Assembly: GCA_003132585.1 (NCBI GenBank)
Contig: PKYG01000097.1
Location: forward strand, 1,790 to 65,789
DNA from: Actinomycetota bacterium
GTDB taxonomy: Bacteria; Actinomycetota; Thermoleophilia; UBA2241
Length of the DNA: 64,000 nt
Direction: 5' to 3'
Shown here: positions 1-8,339 of the stretch, in pieces
Numbering within the stretch: the stretch's first letter is position 1
Layout of the letters: every line of letters begins with the position of its first letter
Translations under genes and position numbers: made by a program
Notes under the pieces: generated by a model
Database searches by the model: none
Seen by the model: the letters and a program-made list of their open reading frames with translations, nothing else
What the model was told of the DNA's origin: nothing

Positions 1-1
1 G

Positions 2-1165
2 GTGTTTACGGGTACGTTCGCGTCTGTCGTCTGGCACTACGTCAACGCCCAGTATTGGTTGAAGAGCTACCCGTCGAGCACGTTCCTCTTCAAGCCCCGC
101 TACCGCCTCGGGGACTTCTTCGAGGTCTACCGGAACGCACGGCACTTCGGCGCGGCCGGGCAGGAGAACCTCGTCTACTCGCCCGTATTCCACGTCTTCA
201 CCAAGGTGATGACGGTGTTCCCCGACAAGCTCGCGCTGGGGCTCGTCGTCACTGCCTTTCTGGCGACGCTCGCGGCGATCGCGTGGAACTGGCTGACGCC
301 CGATTTCGGCGGACCGCTGGCGCGTCTGCCGCACACGCTCGTGCTGACGCTCTTCGCCTATCCGGTGCTCGTCGCCGTCGATCGCGGCAACCTCGAGATG
401 GTCGTCTTCGTGCTCCTGGCGGCGTTCTTCTACCTGTACTACGCCGCGCACTCGCGCTGGGCGTGGCTGCCGCTCGCCCTGGCGATCGCCGCCAAGTACT
501 ACTGGGCGACGCTGCTCGTGCTGCCGCTCTGCGACAAGCACTATCGGCAGCTGGTCTACAGCGTCGCGGGGGCGATCGCGAGCACGCTCCTGAGCGTGCT
601 CGCGATCGCCTGGTCCTCCGGTGTGGGCATCGGCAAGGTGCTGTCGATCACGGGCGGCACACTCAGAGGCCACGTGGAGATGGACAACACGCTGTTCACG
701 GTGCAGCACGGGCATAGCCTCTGGGGCGTCGTCTGTGTCATCGATCGCTGGACGGGCGGCGACATCCAACTGTGGCTGCTTGGCCGCAACAATATTCTCC
801 GGCTCTACGTGGTCGCGTGCCTGCTCGCGTTTCTGTGGATCTGCGGGCGGCTGCTCACCCACGAGCTCGCCGACTGGCAGCGCGCCACGGTGCTCGTCGT
901 CTGCGCGCTGCTGCTGCCGATGGAGAACCACGACTACACGCTGATCCACCTCTTCCTGCCCCTGGCGCTCTTCGTGCTCGCCGCCGGCCGGGTGCGCCGC
1001 TGGTGGCTGGTGGCGCTGCTGTTTGTGCTGCTGCTCGTGCCCATGGACTACGTATACTTCTCGTTCCAGAACTACGCGAACAGCGACGTGAGCACGTCGG
1101 TGCTGGTCTACCCGGCGGCGCTGGTGGGGTTGCTGGTCGTGGCGCTGAGAGGAGAACGCTCGTGA
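2..1165 (+). CDS. Polytopic membrane protein, 5'-truncated by the window edge. Possibly a GT-C/DUF2029-like polyprenyl-phosphate-sugar-dependent glycosyltransferase or polymerase.
   Basis: Open frame from window start. Many hydrophobic/aromatic TM-like segments (e.g. LEMVVFVLLAAFFYLYYAAH, WLPLALAIAAKYYWATLLVL). Stop overlaps next gene start (GTGA). Confidence 0.4.
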   Translation: MFTGTFASVVWHYVNAQYWLKSYPSSTFLFKPRYRLGDFFEVYRNARHFGAAGQENLVYSPVFHVFTKVMTVFPDKLALGLVVTAFLATLAAIAWNWLTPDFGGPLARLPHTLVLTLFAYPVLVAVDRGNLEMVVFVLLAAFFYLYYAAHSRWAWLPLALAIAAKYYWATLLVLPLCDKHYRQLVYSVAGAIASTLLSVLAIAWSSGVGIGKVLSITGGTLRGHVEMDNTLFTVQHGHSLWGVVCVIDRWTGGDIQLWLLGRNNILRLYVVACLLAFLWICGRLLTHELADWQRATVLVVCALLLPMENHDYTLIHLFLPLALFVLAAGRVRRWWLVALLFVLLLVPMDYVYFSFQNYANSDVSTSVLVYPAALVGLLVVALRGERS

Positions 1166-2049
1166 AGATCATCGTGACGGGCGGCAGCGGGTTCGTCGGC
1201 GCCGGCCTGGTGGCCGGGCTCGGCGCCGACGGCTCCGGCCACGAGCTGCTGGCGCCGACCCACGCCGAGCTCGAGCTGCTCGACGCGGCGGCGGTGCGCG
1301 CCTACCTCGAGGCGCAGCGCCCGGACGCCGTCGTGCACTGTGCCGTGCGCCCCGGTCATCGCAACGCCGCCGACCCGAGCGGGCAGCTCGAGCACAACAC
1401 GCGGATGTTCTTCAACCTCGCGCGCTGCGCCGGTCTCTACAGCCGGATGGTGTTCATGAGCTCCGGCGCCGTGTATGCGGCCGGGCACTACGCGCCGCAG
1501 ATGGACGAGTCGTACTTCGACCGCTTCGTGCCCGTCGACGAGCACGGCTTCTCCAAGTACATCTGCGCGAAGTACGCCGAAGGCCGGCCCGACATCGTCG
1601 AGCTGCGGCCCTTCGGCGTCTTCGGCCGCGGCGAGGACTACGCCGTCCGCTTCATCAGCAACGCGATCTGCAAGACGCTCTTCGACCTGCCGATCACGAT
1701 CAAGCAGAACCGGCGACTCGACTACGTGTACGTGGACGACCTGGCGGCGGTCGTCGACTACTTCTTGCGCGAAGGGCCGCGCCACGGCGCCTACAACGTG
1801 TGCAGCGGCCGCGCCCCTGAGTTGCTCGAGCTCGCCGAGCTCGTGCTCAGTGTGGCCGGCAAGCAGCTGCCGATCGCCGTCGCGCAACCGGGCATGGGCG
1901 AGGAGTACAGCGGCAGCAACGCGCGGCTGCGCGCCGAGTACCGCGACCTGCGCCTGACCCCGCTGGAGGCGGCGGTGGGCGCGCTCTACGCCTGGTACGC
2001 GAAGCGCAAGAAGAGCCTCAACCGCGAGCTGCTGTTGACCGACAAGTAA
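1162..2049 (+). CDS. NAD-dependent epimerase/dehydratase (extended SDR; nucleotide-sugar epimerase or reductase).
   Basis: Starts MKIIVTGGSGFVGAGL (Rossmann GxxGxxG) at GTG 1162, 4-bp overlap with upstream stop. The 772..2049 ORF-track N-extension is an Arg-rich overlap artefact. Confidence 0.8.
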   Translation: MKIIVTGGSGFVGAGLVAGLGADGSGHELLAPTHAELELLDAAAVRAYLEAQRPDAVVHCAVRPGHRNAADPSGQLEHNTRMFFNLARCAGLYSRMVFMSSGAVYAAGHYAPQMDESYFDRFVPVDEHGFSKYICAKYAEGRPDIVELRPFGVFGRGEDYAVRFISNAICKTLFDLPITIKQNRRLDYVYVDDLAAVVDYFLREGPRHGAYNVCSGRAPELLELAELVLSVAGKQLPIAVAQPGMGEEYSGSNARLRAEYRDLRLTPLEAAVGALYAWYAKRKKSLNRELLLTDK

Positions 2050-2082
2050 ACGGAGCGGCAGGATGCTCCGAAAGAGGTTGAC

Positions 2083-3963
2083 GTGATCAAGGTCTCCGAT
2101 TACATAGCGCGGCGGATCGCCGAACTCGGTGTGAAGCACGTGTTCCTGGTCACTGGGGGCGGCGCCATGCATCTCGACGACTCGCTCAGCCGCCGCCCTG
2201 AGCTGACCCTGGTCTGCAACCATCACGAGCAGGCGTGCGCGATCGCCGCCGAGGGCTACGCGCGCATCGGCGAGACGATCGGCGTGACCGTCGTCACGAC
2301 GGGGCCGGGCGGCACGAACACGATCACCGGCGTGCTCGGCCAGTGGCACGACTCGGTGCCGGCGCTCTACGTGTCGGGCCAGGTGCGCTTCGACACGACG
2401 GTCGCCAGCACCAAAGTGCCGCTGCGCCAGCTCGGCGACCAGGAGGCGAGCATCGTCGAGCTGGTACGGCCGATCACCAAGTACGCCCAGATGGTCGTCG
2501 ACCCGCGCACCGTGTGCTACCACTTCGACAAGGCGGTGTACCTGGCGCGCAGCGGGCGCCCCGGCCCGGTGTGGCTCGACCTGCCGTTCGACGTGCAGGC
2601 GGCGCAGGTGGACGAGGCGTCGCTGCCGGGCTTCAACCCCGCGGTGGAGCCGATGGCGCGCGGGGTGGACGACGTCGACCTCGCGCGCGTGCGCCGGCAG
2701 GCGGCCGATCTGGTGGAGCGTCTGCGCACCGCCGAACGGCCGGTGCTGCTCGGCGGCGGCGGCGTGCGCGTCGCCGGGGCTGCCGCCGACTTCCGCACCC
2801 TGGCTGAGCGTCTCGGCATACCGGTGGTGACCGCCTGGAACGCGCACGACCTGATGTATGAGGACCATCCGCTGTACGTCGGCAGGCCGGGCACCGTCGG
2901 CGACCGCGCCGGCAACTTCGCCGTGCAGAACGCCGACCTGCTGATCTCGGTCGGCTGCCGGCTAAACGTGCGCCAGATCGGTTACGAGTTCAAGGCCTTC
3001 GCGCGCCATGCGTACAAGGCGATCGTCGACATCGACGCAGCGGAGCTGCGCAAGCCGACGATCGCCCCCGACATGCCGATCCGCAGCGACGCGCGCGTCT
3101 TCGTGCGGGAGCTGCGAGCCGCCCTGGATGCGGCCGGGTGGCAGGCGGCTGGGGGGCGCGCCGCCGGCGATGCTGCGGCAGACCGCTCCGCGAGCGGCGC
3201 GACGCCGGCCGACTGGCTCGCCTGGTGCCTGGAGCGCAAGCGCCGCTACCCCGTGGTGCTGCCCGAGTACCGGGCCGAGCGCGGCGCCGTGAATCCCTAC
3301 GTGTTCGTCGACGTGCTGGCGGAGCACCTCGAGCACAGCGATGTGGTCGTCTGCGCCAACGGCGCCGCCTGCGTCGTCGCCTTTCAGGCGCTGCGCCTCA
3401 AGGACGGCCAGCGCCTGCTCGGCAACTCCGGCACCGCCGGCATGGGCTACGACCTGCCGGCGGCGATCGGCGCGGCGTTCGTCTGCGGCCACCGCGTCAT
3501 CTGCCTCGCCGGCGACGGCAGCATCCAGATGAACCTGCAGGAGCTGCAGACGATCGTGCACCACCACCTGCCGATCAAGATCTTCGTCTTCAACAACGGC
3601 GGCTACCTCTCGATCCGCCAGACCCAGGACAACCTGTTCGCCGGCCACCGGGTGGGCGAGGGGCCGGCAACCGGCGTCAGCTTCCCCGACATGGTGGCGA
3701 TCGCCGAGGCTTACGGCATCGAAGCGACACGGGTAGAGTCGCACGAGACGCTCGACGAGGCGATCGGCGCGACGCTCGAGAGCCGCGGACCGGCACTGTG
3801 CGACGTGGTCATGCCGGCCGAAGCGGTCTTCGCGCCCAAGGTCGCCGCCGCGCGCCGGCCCGACGGGCGCATCGTCAGCAAGCCGCTCGAGGACATGTCG
3901 CCCCTGTTGCAGAGAGACGAGTTTGCCGACAACATGCTGGTACCGGAGTGGGAGGCGGAATGA
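2083..3963 (+). CDS. Thiamine-diphosphate-dependent enzyme of the acetolactate-synthase large-subunit family. YerE-like candidate two-carbon branch donor or carboligase.
   Basis: 626 aa. N-terminal Pyr domain (HVFLVTGGGAMHLDD) and C-terminal PP domain (GTAGMGYDLPAAIGAA...CLAGDGSIQMNLQEL). AAAGAGG SD 6 nt upstream of GTG 2083. Confidence 0.8.
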   Translation: MIKVSDYIARRIAELGVKHVFLVTGGGAMHLDDSLSRRPELTLVCNHHEQACAIAAEGYARIGETIGVTVVTTGPGGTNTITGVLGQWHDSVPALYVSGQVRFDTTVASTKVPLRQLGDQEASIVELVRPITKYAQMVVDPRTVCYHFDKAVYLARSGRPGPVWLDLPFDVQAAQVDEASLPGFNPAVEPMARGVDDVDLARVRRQAADLVERLRTAERPVLLGGGGVRVAGAAADFRTLAERLGIPVVTAWNAHDLMYEDHPLYVGRPGTVGDRAGNFAVQNADLLISVGCRLNVRQIGYEFKAFARHAYKAIVDIDAAELRKPTIAPDMPIRSDARVFVRELRAALDAAGWQAAGGRAAGDAAADRSASGATPADWLAWCLERKRRYPVVLPEYRAERGAVNPYVFVDVLAEHLEHSDVVVCANGAACVVAFQALRLKDGQRLLGNSGTAGMGYDLPAAIGAAFVCGHRVICLAGDGSIQMNLQELQTIVHHHLPIKIFVFNNGGYLSIRQTQDNLFAGHRVGEGPATGVSFPDMVAIAEAYGIEATRVESHETLDEAIGATLESRGPALCDVVMPAEAVFAPKVAAARRPDGRIVSKPLEDMSPLLQRDEFADNMLVPEWEAE

Positions 3964-4775
3964 ACGAACTCGAACGGCGAATGGTCGAAGTGCTCGGCGA
4001 CCTGCGCGAGAACCATCACGTGAACGGAGTCAAGGCGGAGTTCGAGGCCGAAGGCACACGACTCGAAGAGGCGCTGCGGCTGAAGGAGGTCGTGTCGGCC
4101 GCCGGCCTCGGCCTGACGCTCAAGATCGGCGGCTGCGAGGCCGTGCGCGACATGTACGAGGCGCGCGTGATCGGTGTCGAGCGCATCGTCGGGCCGATGG
4201 TGGAATCGCCCTATGCGCTCACCAAGTACCTGCGCGCCGTCGCCCTGGCGTTCCCGCCGGACGAGCGCGAGCAGGTCGATTTCGCGATCAACGTGGAGAC
4301 GCTGACCGGATTCGCGAACTTCGACACGATGCTGGCGCTGCCGGAGATCGCGCAGCTCGACGGCATCGTGCTCGGCCGCGTCGACATGACCGGCTCGATG
4401 GGGCTGACGCGTGAAGACATCAACGACCCGCGCGTGTTCGCGATCGCCGAGGAGCTCTTCGTCAAGGCGAAGACGAAGAACCTGGAGACGGCGCTTGGCG
4501 GCGGCGTCGGCGCCGAGTCACTGCCGTTCATGCGCGAGCTGCCGGCGGGCACGATCGACCGCTACGAGACGCGCAAGGTGATCTTCAAGTGCCCCGAGGC
4601 GCTCGCCGACGACGCCGACAAGGGCATCCTCAAGGCGGTCGGCTTCGAGCTGATGTGGCTGAAGAACAAGCGCAGCTTCTACGGCCTGATCGCCGACGAA
4701 GACGCCAACCGCCTGCAGATGCTGCAGTCGCGCTACGATCACCTGATCGAGGCCGCCGGCGGCCGCTACAACTGA
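3960..4775 (+). CDS. HpcH/HpaI-family aldolase-like TIM-barrel protein (2-keto-3-deoxy-acid aldolase / citrate-lyase beta-like).
   Basis: ATG 3960 overlaps upstream stop (ATGA). VGPMVESPYALTKY and DGIVLGRVDMTGSMGL resemble HpcH LVPMVQNADEA / DGVFIGPADLSADMGY. The long upstream extension of ORF 3138..4775 is an artefact. Confidence 0.5.
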   Translation: MNELERRMVEVLGDLRENHHVNGVKAEFEAEGTRLEEALRLKEVVSAAGLGLTLKIGGCEAVRDMYEARVIGVERIVGPMVESPYALTKYLRAVALAFPPDEREQVDFAINVETLTGFANFDTMLALPEIAQLDGIVLGRVDMTGSMGLTREDINDPRVFAIAEELFVKAKTKNLETALGGGVGAESLPFMRELPAGTIDRYETRKVIFKCPEALADDADKGILKAVGFELMWLKNKRSFYGLIADEDANRLQMLQSRYDHLIEAAGGRYN

Positions 4776-4804
4776 CGGCCGCCGGCGCGCAAGGAGAGTG
4801 AACC

Positions 4805-5473
4805 GTGAACGGACGCACGGCGCTGGTCACAGGCGCATCCCGGGGTATCGGGTCGGCGATCGCGCAACGCTTCGCGGAGCTCGGCGCGCGTGTGCTGGCG
4901 CCGTCGCGCGCCGAGCTCGATCTCGCTGACGACGACTCGGTTGATGGGTACCTGGCCGACCTGCAGGGACCGGTCGACATCCTCGTCAACAACGCCGGTG
5001 TCAACTCCCTGGGCGCGGCCGCCGAGGCGAGCGACGAGGAGATCGCGGAGACGCTGCACGTGAATCTCGTGTCGCCGATGCGGCTGGCGCGCGCCGTCGC
5101 TCCGGTGATGGCGGCGCGCGGCTACGGCCGCATCCTCAACGTGAGCTCGATCTGGGCCGTGGTCGCCAAGCCGCGCCGCTTCGCCTATGCCGCCAGCAAA
5201 GCCGGTCTCAACGGCATGACACGCACACTGGCGGTGGAGGTGGCGTCTGCCGGCGTGCTGGTCAACGCCATCGCTCCCGGCTTCGTCGACACCGAGCTCA
5301 CGCGGGCCAACAACACGCGCGCCGAGCTCGCCGCCATCGTATCGGGCATCCCGCTGGGGCGGCTCGCGCAGCCGGCGGAGATCGCGGAGCTCGCCGCCTT
5401 TCTCTGCTCGTCGCGCAACTCGTTCGTCACCGGCCAAGTGATCGTCGCCGACGGGGGCTACACGTGCCTGTAG
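4805..5473 (+). CDS. Short-chain dehydrogenase/reductase (classical SDR).
   Basis: TALVTGASRGIGSAIA Rossmann motif. Catalytic Y-x3-K pattern AYAASKAGL. AAGGAGAG SD before GTG 4805. Confidence 0.8.
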   Translation: MNGRTALVTGASRGIGSAIAQRFAELGARVLAPSRAELDLADDDSVDGYLADLQGPVDILVNNAGVNSLGAAAEASDEEIAETLHVNLVSPMRLARAVAPVMAARGYGRILNVSSIWAVVAKPRRFAYAASKAGLNGMTRTLAVEVASAGVLVNAIAPGFVDTELTRANNTRAELAAIVSGIPLGRLAQPAEIAELAAFLCSSRNSFVTGQVIVADGGYTCL

Positions 5474-6537
5474 CCGGGTTGGCCGTACGGTCGCTGTTCG
5501 GCGACTACCGTGTGGAGCTCGCCGAATCGCCGGGTTTCGTCGGCGAGCTCGCCGCTCTGCCGCAGTCGTTCGTCATCGTCGACGAGAACGTATGGCGGTG
5601 TCACCGCGACGGCGTGCTCCGCCCGCTCGCCGATGCCGATGTGCACGTGCTGCCGATCGCCGAACAGCGCAAGGTGTTGGCGAGCGTCGAGGAGCTCTAC
5701 GCGGCGATGACGGCGCGCGCGGCCAAGCGCAACACCACGGTGATCTCGATCGGCGGCGGCATCACGCAGGACCTGACCGGCTTCCTCGCGTCGACCATCT
5801 ACCGCGGTGTCCCCTGGATCTTCGTGCCGACCACGCTGCTCGCGCAGGCGGACAGCTGCATCGGCAGCAAGACGTCGCTCAACTTCCGCCAGTTCAAGAA
5901 CCTCATCGGCACGCTTTACCCGCCCGAGCGCGTGCTTGTCTACCCGGGGTTCGTCGCCACGCAGGAGGAAGAGGATTACTTCAGCGGGCTCGGTGAAGTG
6001 CTGAAGCTCCACTTGATCGGCGGCGAGGAGGCGGCCGCGGTGTATGCGCGCGAAGCGCCCGCCCTGACCGGCCGCCGACCCGCCGCCGTCGGCGACGCGG
6101 TCTGGCGCTCGCTCGAGATCAAGCGCGCCTTCATCGAGGAGGACGAGCGCGACACGGGCCGCCGCCGGTGGCTCAACTTCGGCCACTGTTTCGGCCACGC
6201 GCTCGAGTCCGCTTCGGACTTCGCGCTGCCGCACGGTCAGGCGGTCGTCGCAGGGATGATCCTCGCCGGGCTGGTGGCGCGCGCCCGCGGGCGGCTCTCG
6301 GCGGCGACGGAAGAGCGCCTGCGGCGCGCGCTTCTGCGGCCGGCCCTGGTCGTGCCGCCCGACCGTCTCGCGCTCGACGCCGACACCGTGATCGGGGCGA
6401 TGGGGCAGGACAAGAAGCGTACGGGGCCGAAGCTGGCACTGGTGATGCTCTACGACGGCTTCGCGATGGAGGTCGTCGACGATCTCGGTGAGGATGAGGC
6501 CAGAGAAGCCTTGCGCGAGCTCCAGGGGGTGCTGTAA
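5464..6537 (+). CDS. 3-dehydroquinate-synthase-like (DHQS/sugar-phosphate cyclase superfamily) enzyme.
   Basis: IGGGITQDLTGF ... VPTTLLAQADSCIGSKTSLNFRQFKNLIGTLYPP matches DHQS metal/NAD-binding core (PTTLLAqvDSSvGGKT). GTG start overlaps SDR stop. Confidence 0.7.
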   Translation: MPVAGLAVRSLFGDYRVELAESPGFVGELAALPQSFVIVDENVWRCHRDGVLRPLADADVHVLPIAEQRKVLASVEELYAAMTARAAKRNTTVISIGGGITQDLTGFLASTIYRGVPWIFVPTTLLAQADSCIGSKTSLNFRQFKNLIGTLYPPERVLVYPGFVATQEEEDYFSGLGEVLKLHLIGGEEAAAVYAREAPALTGRRPAAVGDAVWRSLEIKRAFIEEDERDTGRRRWLNFGHCFGHALESASDFALPHGQAVVAGMILAGLVARARGRLSAATEERLRRALLRPALVVPPDRLALDADTVIGAMGQDKKRTGPKLALVMLYDGFAMEVVDDLGEDEAREALRELQGVL

Positions 6538-7284
6538 GTGGTCAGCGCCGTGGCCTTCGACCTCGACGGCATGCTCTACGTCGGCGAGCAGGCGCTGCCC
6601 GGCGCGGTCGAGGTCGTGGGCTGGTGCCGGCGACGCGGGTTGCGCGTGCTCTACCTGACCAATTCGACCGTGCGCACGCGCCAGCAGATCGCCGACAAGC
6701 TGGCGGCGATGGGCTTTGCGGCCGCGATAGAGGACGTGTACTGCTGCAGCAACGCGGCGGCGCGTTTCGCGCGGGAGAGCGGGTACTGGCAGGTGTACGT
6801 GATCGGTGCGCGCGCCCTGCGCGCCGAGATGACGGCGCAGGGCGTGCCGCTCACCGAGCAGATCGCGGCCGCCGACGCGCTCGTCGTCGGTCACGACCCC
6901 GAGTGGCACCTCGAGCTGTTCGGCGGATACACGCTGGCGCACGACGCCGCGTTCGTCGCCTGCAACCGCGACATGACCTATCCGGCGGCCGACGGTCGCC
7001 GGCTGCCGGGCTGTGGCGTCGTCGTCGAGCGCGTCGAGCGCGCCGTCGGCCGGCGCGCCAACGTCGTCGTCGGCAAGCCGGCGACGTACATGCTCGAGCT
7101 GATCGAGCGCGATCTCGGCTTCGCCGCGGCCGATGTGCTCGTCGTCGGCGATATGGAGGAGTCCGACATCGCGATGGCGCGCCGCGCCGGGGCGCCGGCG
7201 GCGCTCGTGGCAGGGGAGAGCGCGGTCGAAGTCGAAGGTGCAATGGTGATCGAATCGTTGGCGAAGCTCGAGGAGCTGTTGTGA
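6538..7284 (+). CDS. HAD-superfamily (subfamily IIA, NagD-like) sugar-phosphate phosphatase.
   Basis: N-terminal FDLDGMLY (DxDG) motif. Later VVGKPATYML and LVVGDMEESDIAMARRAGA motifs. Confidence 0.7.
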   Translation: MVSAVAFDLDGMLYVGEQALPGAVEVVGWCRRRGLRVLYLTNSTVRTRQQIADKLAAMGFAAAIEDVYCCSNAAARFARESGYWQVYVIGARALRAEMTAQGVPLTEQIAAADALVVGHDPEWHLELFGGYTLAHDAAFVACNRDMTYPAADGRRLPGCGVVVERVERAVGRRANVVVGKPATYMLELIERDLGFAAADVLVVGDMEESDIAMARRAGAPAALVAGESAVEVEGAMVIESLAKLEELL

Positions 7285-8330
7285 TCGACACGCCCGCCAA
7301 CCCGCTGGAGCCGCTCGGCCACGCCGAGCGCCGGGTCACCGACATGGGCGAGCGCGAGACGGCGCGGCGGGCGACGCGCGAAGCCGCGCACGGCGGCGGC
7401 CGCAAGCTCGTCAGCATCGTCACGCCGGCCTATAACGAAGAGGAGTGCATCGACGAGCTCTGCCGGCGGCTGCAACAGGTCTTCGCCGACAATCCCGACT
7501 ACGACTTCGAGGCGGTGGTTGTCGAGAACGGCTCGACCGACGGCACGCTGGCCAGGCTCACGGCGATCCGCGCGGCGGACGCGCGCTTCAAGATCCTCCG
7601 GCTGGCGCGCAACTTTCGCATGGACGGCGGCATCACCGCCGGGCTCGACTACGTCTCCGGCGACGCCTGCGTGATCATGACCGCCGACCTGCAGGACCCG
7701 CCGGAGCTGATCGGCGAGTTCATCCGTAAGTGGGAGGAGGGCTTCGACAACGTCTACATGAAGGTCACCCGGCGTGTCGGCACCGGCCCCGTGCGGCGGA
7801 TGAACGCGCAGATCTTCTACTGGCTGCTCGGGCGCATGACCGGCGGCGTGTTCCCGCGCAACGTCAGCGACTACCGCCTGGTCGACCGCAAGGTCTACGA
7901 GACCGTCAAGGGCATGCACGAGCGCAACCGCTTCATGCGCGGCATGTTCTACTGGGCGGGCTTCTCGAGCGTCGGCATCGAGCACGAGCGCCTGCCGCGC
8001 TTCGCCGGCGAGACCAAGGCGTACACGCTGCAGGTGATCGAGCTGGCGATCAAGGGCATCCTCAGCTTCAGCTACGTGCCGCTGCGGTTGATCACCTGGA
8101 TGGGCCTGGCGATGAGCGGCTTCGCCTTCGCCTTTCTCATCTACGTCGTCGTGCGCGCCTTCGTCTGGGGCGTGCCGTTCGCCGGGTTCGGCACGATCAT
8201 GGGCGTGATGCTCCTGCTCTTCGGCTTTCTCTTCACGATGCTCGGCGTGGTCGCCGAGTACGTCGGCCTCATCTACGACGAGGTCAAACAGCGGCCGAAC
8301 TACATCGTCCGCGATACCTTCGGCCTCTAG
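7281..8330 (+). CDS. GT2 polyprenyl-phosphate sugar synthase (GtrB/ArnC/DPM1-like) with C-terminal TM helices.
   Basis: VSIVTPAYNEE...VVVENGSTDGT...DADLQDPPE GT-A motifs plus two C-terminal TM segments. AGGAG SD 5 nt before GTG 7281 (alt ATG 7344). Long 6624..8330 extension rejected. Confidence 0.75.
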   Translation: MIDTPANPLEPLGHAERRVTDMGERETARRATREAAHGGGRKLVSIVTPAYNEEECIDELCRRLQQVFADNPDYDFEAVVVENGSTDGTLARLTAIRAADARFKILRLARNFRMDGGITAGLDYVSGDACVIMTADLQDPPELIGEFIRKWEEGFDNVYMKVTRRVGTGPVRRMNAQIFYWLLGRMTGGVFPRNVSDYRLVDRKVYETVKGMHERNRFMRGMFYWAGFSSVGIEHERLPRFAGETKAYTLQVIELAIKGILSFSYVPLRLITWMGLAMSGFAFAFLIYVVVRAFVWGVPFAGFGTIMGVMLLLFGFLFTMLGVVAEYVGLIYDEVKQRPNYIVRDTFGL

Positions 8331-8339
8331 AGCTCGCGC

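Noticed and set aside
2049-2082. Small hairpin CGGAGC-ggcaggat-GCTCCG after the epimerase stop as a possible terminator.
   Set aside because: Short stem, no downstream U-tract, and the next gene starts 34 nt later with a strong SD. More likely incidental secondary structure within an operon.
1108-2868. 586-aa minus-strand ORF overlapping the epimerase and ThDP-enzyme genes.
   Set aside because: Antisense GC-rich artefact. No recognisable motifs. The sense-strand genes have Rossmann and ThDP signatures.
3138-3959. Long N-terminal extension (ORF 3138..4775) and similar extensions at 772, 6624, 23605, 47924, 57348, 58354.
   Set aside because: Arg-rich out-of-context frames overlapping the 3' ends of upstream genes. 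True starts are supported by ATGA/GTGA coupling, SD sequences and conserved N-terminal motifs further downstream.
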